64,000 bases of DNA from Terriglobia bacterium (GTDB taxonomy: Bacteria > Acidobacteriota > Polarisedimenticolia > Polarisedimenticolales > JAIQFR01). Position 1 is the stretch's first letter; every line of letters begins with the position of its first letter. The DNA is taken from positions 1 to 64,000 of the forward strand of contig CAVVHE010000008.1 in NCBI GenBank assembly GCA_963748015.1. Direction: 5' to 3'. This document shows, one piece after another, positions 1 to 10,051 of this stretch. Below the pieces are notes generated by a model, which saw only the letters and a program-made list of their open reading frames with translations, was not told the DNA's origin and searched no databases. The translations under genes were made by a program, and so were the position numbers.

Positions 1-629
1 GACGCATTGTCTTTATTTAGCACGGTGTTGCCGCAGACGACGGCGGCCATCGCCATGCCGGCGAGGATGGCGAGCGGGAAGTTCCACGGCGCGATCACCG
101 CGCCGACCCCCAGCGGGATGTAGAAGTAGCAGTTGTCCTCGGTGCTGAGGCGCGTGAGGGGGTGGTACTGGAAGTGGGTCAGCGCCAGGCGGGCGTAGTA
201 CTCGCAGAAGTCGATCGCCTCGGCGATCTCGGCGTCGGCCTCGTACCAGTCCTTGCCGATCTCCATGCCGAGCAGCGCGACGAAGGCGAAGCGGTCGCGC
301 CGGATGAGCGCGGCCAGGCGCACCAGGGCGTCGGCGCGCTCCTCGGGCTCGGTCCGCGACCACGCCGGGTACGCCTGCTGGGCCGCGGCGACGGCCGCCT
401 CGTGGTGCTCGCCGCCGCAGCGGGCGACGCGCCCGATGACGCGGTCGGGCTGCGCCGGGCAGAGGGAGTCGATCGTCTGCGGCGTCTCGACGCGGCGGCC
501 GCCGATGACGGCGGGATAGCCGGCGCCGAGGCCGCGCTCGAGCGCCTGGACGGCCGCCTCCACGCCCTTGACGTTGGCGTCGTTCGCGTAGTCGCAGATC
601 GGTTCGTTCTTGAAGCGCGTGTAGTGCAT
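1..629 (-). CDS. pruA: 1-pyrroline-5-carboxylate dehydrogenase (aldehyde dehydrogenase family), N-terminal part, truncated at window start
   Basis: Manual translation from ATG 629: MHYTRFKNEP...GKDWYEADAEIAEAIDFCEYYA...PLGVGAVIAPWNFPLAILAGMAMAAVVCGNTV, typical of RocA/PruA. No stop in the window, so absent from the ORF track. Confidence 0.85.
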   Translation of the reverse strand, partial: MHYTRFKNEPICDYANDANVKGVEAAVQALERGLGAGYPAVIGGRRVETPQTIDSLCPAQPDRVIGRVARCGGEHHEAAVAAAQQAYPAWSRTEPEERADALVRLAALIRRDRFAFVALLGMEIGKDWYEADAEIAEAIDFCEYYARLALTHFQYHPLTRLSTEDNCYFYIPLGVGAVIAPWNFPLAILAGMAMAAVVCGNTVLNKDNA

Positions 630-882
630 GTCCCACCCTCCCGCGGGAAGACGACACGGCATTCTAGCCAATGCCACCCCGGCGGGGAAGGGAGCGCGGC
701 CGCCGCGCCGCGCCGCTGGGCGCCGCTGCCGGACGCGCGGCGGCGGCGCGCACGTTTCGGCGCCGCAGGCGTGACGGCCCGCGCCGCTTGTGGCATACAT
801 GGCGCCGATCCTGCGGGGCTGCGCGAACCCGCTGCCCGGCGGGCGCCCCGCATCGCGACGCGGCGGACACCACGGAGACGAC

Positions 883-1673
883 ATGGCTCTCATGGAACTG
901 AAGGAGATGAGGGCGGCCCACCGGGTGCTCGCCTCGCTCGATTACCCGCCGGGGCGCGTGCGAGCGCGGCTACGCCGGCCGCACGCTCCACGTCGACCTC
1001 GACGCGAGAACCGGATCGAGATCCGGCCGGTCACGCCGTACATGAAGGACTGTCTTCACCGGCGGCAAGGGTTTCGACCTCTACCTGATGTGGCACTCGA
1101 TCCCCGGCCCGATCGCCTGGGACGACCCGCGCAACGGGCTCTACTTCTCGGCCGGGCCGCTCGGCGGCACGCCGTACTTCTCGGGCTCCGGCAAGTGCCT
1201 GGTCACCGGGGATCTCGCCGACGACCGGCTCGGTGATGGACTGCAACGTCGGCGGGCACTTCGGGCCGCTGCTCAAGTTCGCGGGCTTCGACGCGCTCGA
1301 GGTGCGCGGCAAGGCCGACGGAGTTCGTCGCTGCTGGTCATCGACGGCGACGCGCACCGGGTGACGATCGAGACGGCGCCGCACGAGGCGCTCAACAGCT
1401 ACGACGTGGCCGGGCAGCTCCACCACATGTACGCGCGAAGCGACGAGGAGCTGCAGAGCCTCTCGGTCGTCTCCGCGGGACGAGGCGCGCTGCACACCCT
1501 CATCGGCTGCATCAACGTCTCGTTCTACGACTGGAAGCGCAGGGAGCCGCGCCTCAAGCAGGCCGGCCGCGGCGGCCTCGGCACCGTGATGATGGACAAG
1601 AGGCTCAAGGCGATCGTGGCCAAGTGCGAGCGAGAACCGCCCGCGCTGGTCCTTGTCGGTCGAGGCGCCCTGA
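883..1673 (+). CDS. Aldehyde:ferredoxin oxidoreductase (tungsten AOR/WOR family) N-terminal domain, stand-alone gene; several frameshifts
   Basis: Pieced across frames: ERGYAGRTLHVDL...GPLGGTPYFSGSGK...DCNVGGHFGPLLKFAGFDALEVRGKA...KQAGRGGLGTVMMDKRLKAIV. GGAG RBS before ATG 883; probable stop TGA 1671-1673. Confidence 0.8.
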
Positions 1674-1693
1674 GCGCGACGGGAGTGCCATCC

Positions 1694-2235
1694 ATGGAAT
1701 GCGCCGTTTGCTACGGACATGCTCGAGGTGGACGCCATCATCGACCGCTGGGCCGCGCGACCCCGAGTTCGCCATCGAGATGCTGCAGGACGTCCAGGAG
1801 CGGTTCCGCTACCTGCCCAAGGACGGCGCTCGAGCGGATCGCGCGAGCGCACCGGCGCCGACATGGGCCGCCTCTACCACATCGCCACCTTCTTCAAGGC
1901 GTTCTCGCTCGAGCCGCGCGGCGAGACCGCCATCCAGGTCTGCACCGGCACGGCCTGCCACGTGCAGGGCGCGGCGCGCGTGCTCGACGCGTTCGGCCGC
2001 GAGCTCGGCGTGCAGCCCGGGCGAGACCACGAAGGACCTCAAGTTCAGCCTCGAGGGCGTGCGGTGCCTCGGCTGCTGCGGGCTGGCGCCGGTGGTGACC
2101 ATCGGGCCCGAGCTGATCGGCGGCGTGGACTCGTCCAAGGTCGGCCCGCTGATGCAAGAAGTCACCGCAAGACCGCCGCGGGCCAAGGGGCGCAGACGGC
2201 GAAGGCGCGGCGACAAGGAGAAGGCCGATGCCTAG
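1694..2235 (+). CDS. NuoE/HydC-like [2Fe-2S] subunit; frameshifted
   Basis: IEMLQDVQERFRYLP...ATFFKAFSLEPRG...VCTGTACHVQG...VRCLGCCGLAPVV, spread over three frames. Confidence 0.85.
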
Positions 2236-4131
2236 GGTCACGCTCGACAACCTCGACGCGCTCGCGCAAGCAGGCCGAGCGGAGCGCCACGCCGGGTACA
2301 GGGCGATGCTCATGGTGTGCGCCGGCACCGGCTGCGTGTCGGCCAAGTCGCTGCCCGATCCGCGACGTGATGCGCGCGGGAGCTCGAGCGCCGCGGGCTC
2401 GCGGAACGAGATCCAGGTCGTGGCCACCGGCTGCAACGGGTTCTGCGCGCACGGCCCGATCTGCGTGGTGCAGCCCGAGGGGGTCTTCTACGAGCGGCTC
2501 AAGGCCGCGGCGGTGCCCGAGCTCATCGAGTCGCACTTCGTCAGAAGGGCAAGCCGCTCGACGAAGTTCCTGTACCGGAAGGACGGCGAGGAGCGGCCGA
2601 TCCCGCTCGAGAAGGACATCGAGTTCTTCGCCAAGCAGCAGTGCATCGCGCTGCGGAACCGCGGCAAGATCGATCCCGAGGACATCGCGGACGCCATCCG
2701 CGCCGGCGCCTACCGGGCGCTGCGCAAGATCCTCGCGAGAGGACGGACGGCGACGCGATCGTCGCGGCGATCATCCGCTCGGGGATCCGCGGCCGCGGCG
2801 GCGGCGGGTTCCCGACCGGGGTCAAGTGGGAGACCTGCCTCAAGGCGGCTCGCGAAGCGCGGCGTCGCCCCGTACGTCGTCTGCAACGGCGACGAGGGCG
2901 ACCCCGGCGCGTTCATGGACCGCAGCATCGTCGAGGCCGATCCGCACGCGGTCATCGAGGGCATGCTGATCGGGGCGCGGGCGCTGGGCGCGACCGAGGG
3001 CTTCGTCTACATCCGCCACGAGTACCCGCTGGCCCTCGAGCGGCTTACGCCGCGCGATCGCGCAGGCGCGCGAGTGGGGCGCTGCTCGGCAAGGGACATC
3101 CTGGGCACCGGCATGGAGTTCGACATCACCGATCCACCAGGGGCGCCGGCGCGTTCGTGTGCGGCGAGTCCACCGCGCTGATGGCCTCGATGGAAGGGCC
3201 GCGCCGGCGAGCCGCGCGCCAAGTACGTGCACACGGTGGAGTACGGCTACCGCAACCAGCCCACGGTGCTCAACAACGTCGAGACCTGGGCCAACATCCC
3301 GCAGATCGTCGTCGCGCGGCCCCGAGTGGTTCGCGGCGATCGGCACCGGCGACGTCTCGGAGTCGCCGTGGGGCGGCAGCATCGGGCACCAAGGTCTTCT
3401 CGCTCGTCGGCAACGTGCGCAACTCCGGGCTCGTCGAGGTGCCGATGGGCATCACGCTGCGCGAGATCGTGTTCGACATCGGCGGCGGCATCCCGGACGG
3501 GCGCGCGTTCAAGGCGGTGCAGACCGGCGGCCCCTCGGGCGGCTGCCTGCCCGAGTCGAAGCTCGACCTGCCGGTGGACTTCGACACGCTGGTCGAGGCC
3601 GGCTCGATGATGGGCTCGGGCGGCATGATCGTCATGGACGACCGGACCTGCATGGTGGACGTGGCGCGCTACTTCGTCGACTTCCTGTGCGACGAGTCGT
3701 GCGGCAAGTGCACGCCGTGCCGCGAGGGCCTCGTCAACCTGCGCGAGGTTCTCGACGCGCATCACGCGCGGGCGAGGGGCGCGACGGCGACCTCGCGCTG
3801 CTCGAGGACCTGGGCGCGGTGCTCGCCGACGGCTCGCTGTGCGGCCTGGGGCAGACGGCCGCCAACCCGGTGCTCTCGACGCTGCGCTACTTCCGCGAGG
3901 AGTACGAGGCGCACATCCGCGACCGCCGCTGCCCCGCCGGGGTGTGCAAGGCGCTCGATCAAGCTACTCGATCACCTACGAGTGCACGGGCTGCGGGGCC
4001 TGCGTGAAGGTCTGCCCGACCGACGCCATCGCGGGCGAGACGAAGAAGCTCCACGTGATCGACGAGGGCAGTGCATCCAGTGCGGCACCTGCATGGACGT
4101 CTGCAACGACGGAGCGGTGAAGGTCCGATGA
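2228..4131 (+). CDS. NuoF/HydB-like NAD(H)/FMN subunit with N-terminal [2Fe-2S] and C-terminal 2x[4Fe-4S] domains; frameshifted
   Basis: CAGTGC...[98 protein letters not shown]. Confidence 0.88.
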
Positions 4132-6152
4132 GCGCCGACAAGGGAAACGGGAATGATCACAGGTCACGATCGACGGCAAGACGACCGAGGTCGAGCCCGG
4201 ACACCACGATCCTCGCGGCCGCGAAGAAGGTGGGGATCGCGATCCCCGCGCTCTGCGACAGCGAGCTGGTCGAGCCCTACGGCGCCTGCCGCGTGTGCAG
4301 CGTCGAGGTCGACGAAGGGCGGCGCAAGCGCATCGTCACCGCCTGCAACTACCCGCTGAAGCAAGCCCGCGGCGGTGGCCACGCGGAGCAAGCGCGCGCT
4401 CGACGTCCGCCGCCTCGTCCTCGAGATGATGCTCGCGCGCTGGCCCAACGTGAAGGTCGTCCAGGACATGGCGCCGCGAGGCCGGGCTCGACGGCCGCGC
4501 GCTTCGTCCACCCGCAGCGCAACGAGAGCCCGCACGCCTGCATCCTCTGCGGCCTGTGCGTGCGGCTCTGCCACGAGGGGGTCTGGCACAAGGTTCTCGC
4601 CTTCGAGGGGCGCGGCGATTCCCGCAAGGTGACCATGCCCTACGGCAAGCAGCCCAAGGAGTGCGTCGGCTGCATGGCCGTGCGCCAACGATCTGCCCGA
4701 CGGGCGCGATCCAGTTCGCGAACGACCCGAACCACCCCGCCGACGCCGAGCGCATCCGGCGCGCAGGCGCCGAGCTCACGCGCGAGGTCGTGGTGCTCGA
4801 CAAGCAGCCAGTGCCACATGCGCGAGGTCGGCACGGCGCACCTCGCCGAGATCATGAACGACTACGATCTGCTGCCCGTGCACAACTACCACTTCGGCGC
4901 CGCACCCGAAGACGCACAAGATCGCCTCCGACAAGTTCAACGGCGGTCTTCACGCAGGGCGTCGCCGACGGCTGCTCGCTCGGCTGCGACATGGCGTGCG
5001 CCAAGGCGGTGGAGGGCCACGAGCTGCGCACCGGACCCGACAAGGGCAAGAAGGTGCTGGTGGACGGCCCCGAGTACGAGACCGTCTCCGGGCTGCGGCA
5101 GCAACATCGGCATCTTCGAGCCGTGGGCGATCGTCGAGATCAACTACTACTGCGACCAGTACGGCGTCGACACCATCTCGTTCGGCACCCTGATGGCCTT
5201 CGTCATGGAGTGCTACGAGGCGGGCGTCCTGAACGAGGAGCGCACCGGCGGGCTCGACCTCTCGCTTCGGGCAGCGCCGACGGCACCCTCGAGGTGCTGC
5301 ACCAGATGGCGCGCGGCGAGGGCTTCGGCCTCATCGCCGGGCAGGGCGTGCGCCGCATGAAGAAGATCTTCGCCGAGCGCTTCGGCGCCGACCCCGCGTT
5401 CCTCCAGGACATCGGCATGGAGGCCAAGGGGCTCGAGTACTCGGGGTACGTGGCCAAGGAGTCGCTCGCGCAGCAGGGCGGCTACGGCATCGCCCTCAAG
5501 GGGCCGCAGCACGACGAGGCGTGGCTCATCTTCATGGACATGGTGAACAAGCAGATCCCGACCTTCGAGGACAAGGCCGAGGCGCTGCACTACTTCCCGA
5601 TGTGGCGCACCTGGTTCGGGCTCAACGGCCTGTGCAAGCTTCTGTGGAACGACGTCGAGCCGGAGGACAACGCCGAGTCCGGAGCGCCGGCCAAGGTGCC
5701 GCGGCACGTGCAGGGCTACTGCGAGTTCGTCGCCGGCATGACCGGCAAGGAGGTCAAGCCCGACGACCTCATCCTGCAGAGCGAGCGCGTCTACAACTTC
5801 CAGCGCATCTTCAACCTGAAGATGGGCTTCGGCCGGCGCGCGGCACGACGCCATCCCGTACCGCTCCCAGGGCCCGGTGACCGCGGAGGAGTACCTCTCG
5901 CGGCAGGAGCGCTACGACAAGCAGCTCAAGGAGGAGGTCGGGCGTCGATCCCGCGGCGATGACGCTCGACGAGAGGCGCGCCGCGCTGCGCGCGCTACCG
6001 CGAGGACCGCTACGAGAAGCTCCTCGACGCCGTCTACAAGCGGCGCGGCTGGACGCGCGACGGCATCCCACGCTGGCCAAGGTGCGCGCGCTCGGCATCG
6101 ACAAGGTGCCGGGGTGGTCGAGCTGCTCGCAGCGCACGGCGTGACGGAGTGA
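4128..6152 (+). CDS. Fusion of NuoG/HydA-like N-terminal Fe-S domain ([2Fe-2S] + 2x[4Fe-4S]) to AOR C-terminal domains; frameshifted
   Basis: LC...[11 protein letters not shown]...[20 protein letters not shown]...CPTGAI. CPTGAI runs in one frame into [16 protein letters not shown], then [51 protein letters not shown] (AOR C-terminal motifs). Confidence 0.8.
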
Positions 6153-6155
6153 GCG

Positions 6156-6358
6156 ATGACGCTCACGGTCAACGGCGACCCGCACCCCTGCGCGCGAGGG
6201 GCTCACCGTCGAGGCGCTGCTGCGGGAGAAGGCCTTCACGTTCCCGCTCAAGGTCATCTTCGTGAACCGGCAGCTGGTGAAGAAGCGACCAGACCGCCGC
6301 GACGGTGCTGCACGACGGCGACGTCGTCGAGGTCGTGCACCTGATCGGCGGCGGATAG
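6156..6358 (+). CDS. MoaD/ThiS-family sulfur carrier; frameshifted
   Basis: MTLTVNGD...TVEALLREKAFTFPLKVIFVN...VLHDGDVVEVVHLIGGG*, with C-terminal GG. Confidence 0.85.
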
Positions 6359-6377
6359 CCCGACCGGAGGAGATCGA

Positions 6378-7190
6378 ATGTCGAATCGTCGGATCGGAAT
6401 CGCCATCCTCGTCACCCTTCTCCTCGTGCTGCCGGCCGCACTCGCGGCCGACTCCCTCATCCTCGCCACCACGACGAGCACGCAGGACTCGGGCCTCCTC
6501 GACGTGCTGCTTCCCGCTTTCGAGGCAAAGTCCGGGATCAAGGTCAAGACGATCGCCGTCGGTTCCGGCGAAGCGGTCGCGATGGGCCGGCGCGGGGACG
6601 CCGACGTGCTCCTTGTCCACTCGAAGGCGGCCGAGGACGCGTTCATGGCCGACGGGTACGGCTCGCTCCGCCTCGACGTCATGTACAACGATTTCCTCGT
6701 GGTCGGACCGCCGGCCGACCCCGCCGGCGTCAAGGGCCTCGAGGCCGCGGAGGCGTTCAGGAAGATCGCCGAGGCGGGAGCGGCGTTCGCCTCCCGCGGC
6801 GACCGGTCCGGCACGCACGCGAGGGAGCTGGACCTCTGGAAGAAGGCCGGTGTGGACCCCGCGGGTAAGGGCTGGTACGTCTCGACCGGACAGGGGATGG
6901 GCGAGACGGCCCGGATCGCCTCCGAGAAGCGGGCCTACACGCTGATCGACCGGGGGACCTACCTCGCGATGAAGGCGAAGCTCGAGCTGGTCCCCGTGGC
7001 GGAGGGCAGCAAGGACCTCCTGAACACCTACCGAGTGATCGTCGTCAACCCGGAGAAGCACCCGAAGGTCCACGCCGTCGACGCCCGCAAGTTCGCCGAA
7101 TGGCTGGTCACCCCCGACGTTCAGAAGATGATCGGCGAGTTCGGCCGCGACAAGTTCGGCCGGTCCCTGTTCGTGCCGGACGCCAAGTGA
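6378..7190 (+). CDS. tupA: Tungstate ABC transporter substrate-binding protein
   Basis: Signal peptide; LATTTSTQDSGLL (TTTS tungstate motif), VGSG, SRGDRSGTH, TGQGMG, DRGT. Confidence 0.93.
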   Translation: MSNRRIGIAILVTLLLVLPAALAADSLILATTTSTQDSGLLDVLLPAFEAKSGIKVKTIAVGSGEAVAMGRRGDADVLLVHSKAAEDAFMADGYGSLRLDVMYNDFLVVGPPADPAGVKGLEAAEAFRKIAEAGAAFASRGDRSGTHARELDLWKKAGVDPAGKGWYVSTGQGMGETARIASEKRAYTLIDRGTYLAMKAKLELVPVAEGSKDLLNTYRVIVVNPEKHPKVHAVDARKFAEWLVTPDVQKMIGEFGRDKFGRSLFVPDAK

Positions 7191-7870
7191 GCTCGATCGC
7201 GGAGGGCCTCCGGGCCATCCTCGCCGCCCGCGGGGAGCTTGCCGGAATCCTCGCGCTGTCCCTCGTCGTCTCCGGGGCCGCCGTCGTCGCCGCGATGCTC
7301 CTCGGCGTCCCGGCGGGGATCTTCCTCGCGCTGCGGCGCTTCCCCGGCCGGCGCCTCCTGGTCACCCTCGTCAACACCGGGATGGGGCTTCCGCCGGTGG
7401 TGGTGGGCCTGTTCGTCTTCCTCCTGCTCGCGCGCTCGGGGCCGCTCGGCGCGCTCGAGCTGCTCTACACGCCATGGGCGATGGTCCTGGCGCAGATCGT
7501 CATCGCCACCCCCCTCGTGACCGGAATCACGCTCGCCGCGATCCAGGGCCTCGACGAGCGCGTGCACCTGCAGATCCTCTCGCTCGGCGCCTCGAGGCTC
7601 CAGTACCACTGGAAGCTCGTCCAGGAGGCCCGGCTCTCCCTGGTCGCGGCGCTCGCGGCGGGCTTCGGCTCGATCATCTCCGAGGTCGGCGCCGTCATGA
7701 TCGTGGGGGGGAACATCCGGGGCCAGACGCGCGTGATGACGACGGCGATCGTCCTCGAGACGCGGCAGGGGGAGTTCGCGGCCGCGGTCGTCCTCGGCGT
7801 GATCCTCCTGCTGCTGACCATGATGTTCAACTGGCTGTTCACCTGGATCCAGCAGGGGCGGAGGGCATGA
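7187..7870 (+). CDS. tupB: Tungstate ABC transporter permease
   Basis: GTG start overlapping tupA stop; NTGMGLPPVVVGL, RSGPLG, ISEVGAVMIVGGNIRGQTRVMTTAI. Confidence 0.92.
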   Translation: MSSIAEGLRAILAARGELAGILALSLVVSGAAVVAAMLLGVPAGIFLALRRFPGRRLLVTLVNTGMGLPPVVVGLFVFLLLARSGPLGALELLYTPWAMVLAQIVIATPLVTGITLAAIQGLDERVHLQILSLGASRLQYHWKLVQEARLSLVAALAAGFGSIISEVGAVMIVGGNIRGQTRVMTTAIVLETRQGEFAAAVVLGVILLLLTMMFNWLFTWIQQGRRA

Positions 7871-8961
7871 GCCTCCTGCGCCTCGAGAACGTCGCCGTTT
7901 CCGCCGGGGACCGGACGATCCTGGACCTGCCCGGCCTCGACGTGGAAGAGGGGGAGATCCTCGTCGTCCTCGGTCCCACGGGCGCCGGCAAGAGCACGCT
8001 CCTGAGGGTGACCAACCTCCTCCAGCGGCCGGACCGCGGCGACAGCTTCTGGCGGGGCGAGAAGGTCCCGTGGCCCGCTCCCCTCGCGCTGCGCCGCCGC
8101 ATGGCGATGGTCTTCCAGTCCCCGCTGCTCTTCTCCGGCAGCGTCCTCGACAACGTCGCCTACGGCCTCGGGATCCGCGGCGAGCGGGGCACCGTCGCCC
8201 GCGCGAAGGCTGAGGCGATGCTGCGGCGCTTCCACATCGACCACGCGGCGCGCCAGCGGGCCTCGACGCTGTCCGGGGGCGAGGCGCAGCGGGCGGCCAT
8301 GGCGCGCGCGATGGTGCTCGAGCCCGAGCTCCTGCTGCTCGACGAGCCGCTCGCCGCCCTCGACGAGCCGATCCGCGAGCACCTCATCGAGGAGCTCCGG
8401 CAGGTCGTCCGGGAGCGGCGCATCACCTGCCTGTACGTGACCCACGAGCAGGGGGAGGCGTACGCCCTCGCCGACCGGATCGCGATCCTGAGCGCGGGGC
8501 GGCTGCTCCAGCTCGGGACCCCCGAGGAGGTCTTCTACCGGCCCAGAGGACGCGCGGTCGCGGAGTTCCTGCAGACCGGGAACATCCTCCCCGGCGAGAT
8601 CGAGGCCCGGGAGGATGGTCTCGCGCGGGTTCGCGTCGGCGGCCGGACGCTCTGGGCTTCGTCCGATCTTCCTCCCGCGAGCCGCGTGCTCGCATGCATT
8701 CGATCCGAGGAGATTCACCTGACCCGCAACGGAGACGCCGGGGCCAACCGCCTCGACGGGACCGTGGTCGCGCTCCTCGGCGGCGGACCCACGGTGAAGG
8801 TCGAGGTCGATTGCGGCTTTCCCGTCTCGGTCCTGGTTACCCGGAGGACGGTCCGGGACCTCGGCTTGAGGCCCGGCGAGCGCGTCGGCGTCGCCTTCGC
8901 GCCGGCGCTCGTGCACCTGATCGCCGAGGAGACGACACGGAGCGCGGACGCCGGCTCGTAG
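7867..8961 (+). CDS. tupC: Tungstate ABC transporter ATPase with C-terminal TOBE domains
   Basis: GPTGAGKST, LSGGE, LLLDEP, VTH; ATGA overlap with tupB. Confidence 0.9.
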   Translation: MSLLRLENVAVSAGDRTILDLPGLDVEEGEILVVLGPTGAGKSTLLRVTNLLQRPDRGDSFWRGEKVPWPAPLALRRRMAMVFQSPLLFSGSVLDNVAYGLGIRGERGTVARAKAEAMLRRFHIDHAARQRASTLSGGEAQRAAMARAMVLEPELLLLDEPLAALDEPIREHLIEELRQVVRERRITCLYVTHEQGEAYALADRIAILSAGRLLQLGTPEEVFYRPRGRAVAEFLQTGNILPGEIEAREDGLARVRVGGRTLWASSDLPPASRVLACIRSEEIHLTRNGDAGANRLDGTVVALLGGGPTVKVEVDCGFPVSVLVTRRTVRDLGLRPGERVGVAFAPALVHLIAEETTRSADAGS

Positions 8962-9016
8962 GCCCCGCCCGGCGAGCGCGGCGGTCGCCGCGCGCTCGAG
9001 GAGGGAGGTTTCCTCC

Positions 9017-10051
9017 ATGGCTCGAAACCGCAACGACCGGTATTCGCGGCAGATCCTGTTCCCCCCGATAGGCGCCGAGGGCCAGGCGCGCATCCGCGGG
9101 GCGCACGTGCTGGTCGCCGGGTGCGGCGGGCTCGGCGGCGAGTCGGCAAGCCTCCTCGCGCGGGCCGGCGTCGGACGCTTGCGGATCGTCGACCGGGACG
9201 TCGTCGAGCTCTCGAATCTCCAGCGGCAGGCTCTCTTCGACGAGGACGACGCCCGCGCCTGCTTGCCGAAAGCGGTCGCCGCGGCCCGCCGCCTCGCACG
9301 CGTCAACTCGGACGTCACCGTCGAGCCGATCGTGGCGGACATCCACGCCGGGAACATCCTCGGCCTCCTCTCCGACATCGACCTGGTCGTGGACGGCTTC
9401 GACAACTTCGAGGGCCGGTTCCTCCTCAACGACGCGTGCGTCCGGGAGAGCGTGCCCTGGGTCTACGGCGCCTGCGTGGGCGAGTCGGGGGTCAGCGCGC
9501 TCGTCGTGCCGGGGCGTACCCCCTGTCTTCGCTGTATCCAGCCCGAGCTGCCGGCCGCGGGGGCGGCCCCGACGTGCGACACCGCCGGGATCCTCGGGCC
9601 GGCCGCGCATCTCGTCGCGTCGCTCGAGGTCGCGCAGGCGCTTCGCTGGCTCGTGACGCGGGAGGCGCCCGACCCGGCGGTGCTCGTCTCCGCGGACGTG
9701 TGGACCCTGCGCCTGCACCGGGCCGAGTTGCCGCCCCGCGAGAGCCTGCCGCCATGTCCCTGCTGTGTGGAGCGGCGGTTCGAGTTCCTCGATGCGGCCA
9801 CGAGCCCGGCCGAGGCGCTGTGCGGCCGGGAAGCCGTCATGGTGCGCTCCCTCGCCGGGTCGCCGCCGCGCCTCCCCGAGATCGCGGCGAGGCTCGGGCC
9901 CCTCGGCGAGGTCCTCGTCAACGAGTTCGTGCTGCGCTTCAGGATCGCGCCGTACGAGCTGACGCTCTTCCGGGACGGCCGGTGCACCGTGAAGGGCACG
10001 GCGGAAACCGCCCTCGCCCGAAGCCTCGTGGCGCGCTACTTCGGCGCCTGA
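9017..10051 (+). CDS. moeB: ThiF/MoeB family adenylyltransferase
   Basis: RYSRQ, GCGGLG, DRDVVELSNLQRQ, CLRC...CPCC Zn motifs; lies near a MoaD-like gene. Confidence 0.88.
   Translation: MARNRNDRYSRQILFPPIGAEGQARIRGAHVLVAGCGGLGGESASLLARAGVGRLRIVDRDVVELSNLQRQALFDEDDARACLPKAVAAARRLARVNSDVTVEPIVADIHAGNILGLLSDIDLVVDGFDNFEGRFLLNDACVRESVPWVYGACVGESGVSALVVPGRTPCLRCIQPELPAAGAAPTCDTAGILGPAAHLVASLEVAQALRWLVTREAPDPAVLVSADVWTLRLHRAELPPRESLPPCPCCVERRFEFLDAATSPAEALCGREAVMVRSLAGSPPRLPEIAARLGPLGEVLVNEFVLRFRIAPYELTLFRDGRCTVKGTAETALARSLVARYFGA

Noticed and set aside
1..19. AT-rich GACGCATTGTCTTTATTTA breaking the P5C dehydrogenase motif (expected GNTVxxKP)
   Set aside because: Most likely a read or contig-end artefact; too short to support an insertion or element end.
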